A stretch of 64,000 nt of DNA, from the NCBI RefSeq assembly GCF_001194135.2, contig NC_068989.1:2561270-2625269 (forward strand), in the 5' to 3' direction. Positions within the stretch are counted from its first letter, which is position 1; the number at the start of each line of letters is the position of its first letter. The notes under the pieces are model-generated. The model made no database searches, had not been told where the DNA came from, and was given only the letters and a program-made list of their open reading frames with translations. Source of the DNA: Octopus bimaculoides. Lineage: Eukaryota. Shown in pieces: positions 62,756 to 64,000 of the stretch. The position numbers and the translations under genes were made by a program.

Positions 62756-63113
62756 CGGCAAGCGTTCTCTTTCCACTTCTTATACAATGGTCTATACTAA
62801 TTAGCCCTCTGCCACCATTCTTTCTTTTCATATACAGTCTGTTTACGTTTGCTTTAGGGTTTAGCGCCCCATGCAGCGTCACCAGCTTTCTCTTCCTTCT
62901 ATCCAGTGTTGATATTTCCTCCTTAGTCCATTTGAGGATGGACGCACTATATCTGACCACCGCAACTGCCCAGATATTCATTGCAGCAATCGAACTTTTG
63001 GCATTTAAGTTGGATTTCAATACCATCTTCACCCTTTTTTGATACGCCTCGCTGACCTTGACTTTCATTTCTCTGTGCAGAATGTCATCCAGCTCCAAAA
63101 TCCCTAAATATCG
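62751..63113 (-). mobile_element. R4/Dong-type LINE RT C-terminal fragment, still in open frame
   Basis: RYLGILELDDILHREMKVKVSEAYQKRVKMVLKSNLNAKSSIAAMNIWAVAVVRYSASILKWTKEEISTLDRRKRKL...PKANVNRLYMKRKNGGRGL matches the recalled YKYLGI...KSKLN..N.I.AINTWAV...LDRKTRK...HP.ADV.RLY..RK.GGRGL block. Confidence 0.85.
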
Positions 63114-63121
63114 ATGTACGT

Positions 63122-63426
63122 TTGAACGCGGTGTGTGCTTGATCGCGGTGTGCGCTTGAACCCGATGTGTACTGGAACCGGATGTGCGCTTGAACCCGAT
63201 GTGTACTTGAACCAAGGGTGCGCTTGAACTCGATGTGCGCTTGAGCTTGGTGTGCGCTTGAACCCGGTGTTTACTTGAACCCAGTGTGCGCTTGAACCCG
63301 GTGTGCGCTTGAACCTAGTGTTCACTTGAACCTGGTGTCCACTTGAACCCGGTGTTCACTTGAACCCGGTGTTCACTTGAACACCGATGTTCTCTTGAAC
63401 TGGTGTACGCTTGAACCAATGTGCAG
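63122..63426. repeat. 17-bp minisatellite, 18 units (consensus TTGAACCCGGTGTGCGC)
   Basis: Units in register from 63122 to about 63426. Variant ends are GTGCGC, GTGTAC and GTTCAC. Confidence 0.95.
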
Positions 63427-64000
63427 TTCAATCTAAAAGAGTCGATAAAATTTCTTCTCTAACAACGGAGACCACAGTTGTTCACCATCGTCGTCAACTA
63501 TGGGAATTCTCGGACATGGCATGAACTGTAACGCCAGAAATGATGTGGTTAACTGTTTCATTGTTTCATTGTCATGGTTGCATAGTTAATACTTCATGCT
63601 AGTCTCTTCTTTCGGGAATTTTATTTCTGTAGTTGTTTGTGATCAGACATTTAGTTTCTGCTAGAATCACATCCATTTCTGTTTACTTTTTATCCATCAA
63701 AGCTTGTGGGATATTTGCCATGACATATCTCCTTTCGCTCTTTTTTTTTCTTTCTTTTTTTCATTTTTTCTTCTTTGCTCTCTTTTATTTCTTCAGTATA
63801 TTTACAAATTCCGCTCTGATTGTGTTTATTAATAAGGTTTTTTTTTCTCCTTACCGAAATCTTTTACCTCGGGGTGTTAGTTTAGAGTTTGTACTTTTCA
63901 GTTTCCTTCAACAGACAAAACATACATACACGTACATACGATGTGCATACACACACATATGTGTGTGTGAATATATGTCTATATATATATATATATATAT

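Larger units (their letters stand above)
1..64000. repeat. Very dense simple-sequence repeats: (CA/TG)n, (TA)n, (TACA)n, (TAGA/CTAT)n, (AAT/TAT)n, (GAT)n, (TTG)n, (GA)n
   Basis: Directly visible, e.g. 5488-5536 (CA)n, 9700-9830 (GA)n-(TAGA)n-(TACA)n, 34528-34604 (TAGA)n, 57400-57470 (TAT)n, 58880-59110 (CTAT)n, 62535-62611 (AAT)n. These produce most of the low-complexity ORFs in the track. Confidence 0.98.

Noticed and set aside
62709-63215. 168-aa ORF as a host gene
   Set aside because: It is a minisatellite-derived N-terminus fused to a retrotransposon RT fragment and poly-Y from (TAT)n.
1-64000. Long ORFs in the supplied track (e.g. 20071-21357, 26134-27645, 35618-36814, 58110-59192)
   Set aside because: They span N gaps or translate microsatellites (poly-YI, HT, CV, LSIY). 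They have no coding complexity.

Overview
AT-rich, repeat-dense eukaryotic non-coding DNA (intergenic or deep intronic) from a gapped short-read scaffold, with 21 N-runs totalling about 8 kb, mostly bordered by microsatellites or duplicated sequence. The SINE families and microsatellite load look like those I recall from octopus genomes; this is an inference from recall, not a database search. No host protein-coding gene can be supported. Nearly all listed ORFs are translations of microsatellites, N gaps or decayed retroelements. Supported content: (i) four tRNA-headed SINE-like families in many copies; (ii) decayed R4/Dong-type (restriction-like endonuclease) LINE pieces at 2.7-5.5, 6.1, 61.0 and 62.8 kb; (iii) Penelope-like element (PLE) remnants with RT and GIY-YIG motifs (39.7-40.5 kb, weaker at 30.8-31.2 and 55.9 kb); (iv) Tc1/mariner-type ends and a MITE; (v) an 87-bp 28S rRNA fragment; (vi) several minisatellites and gap-adjacent duplications. 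The most interesting signal is a dispersed set of about 10 type-I hammerhead-ribozyme-like motifs (CUGAnGA...GAAA...NUH with complementary stems) on both strands. One (60780-60821) has an intact core, and two sit at fold-back (inverted duplication) points. Hammerheads in PLE termini are established biology. Their density, their sequence diversity and their link to fold-back junctions here are what merit follow-up.
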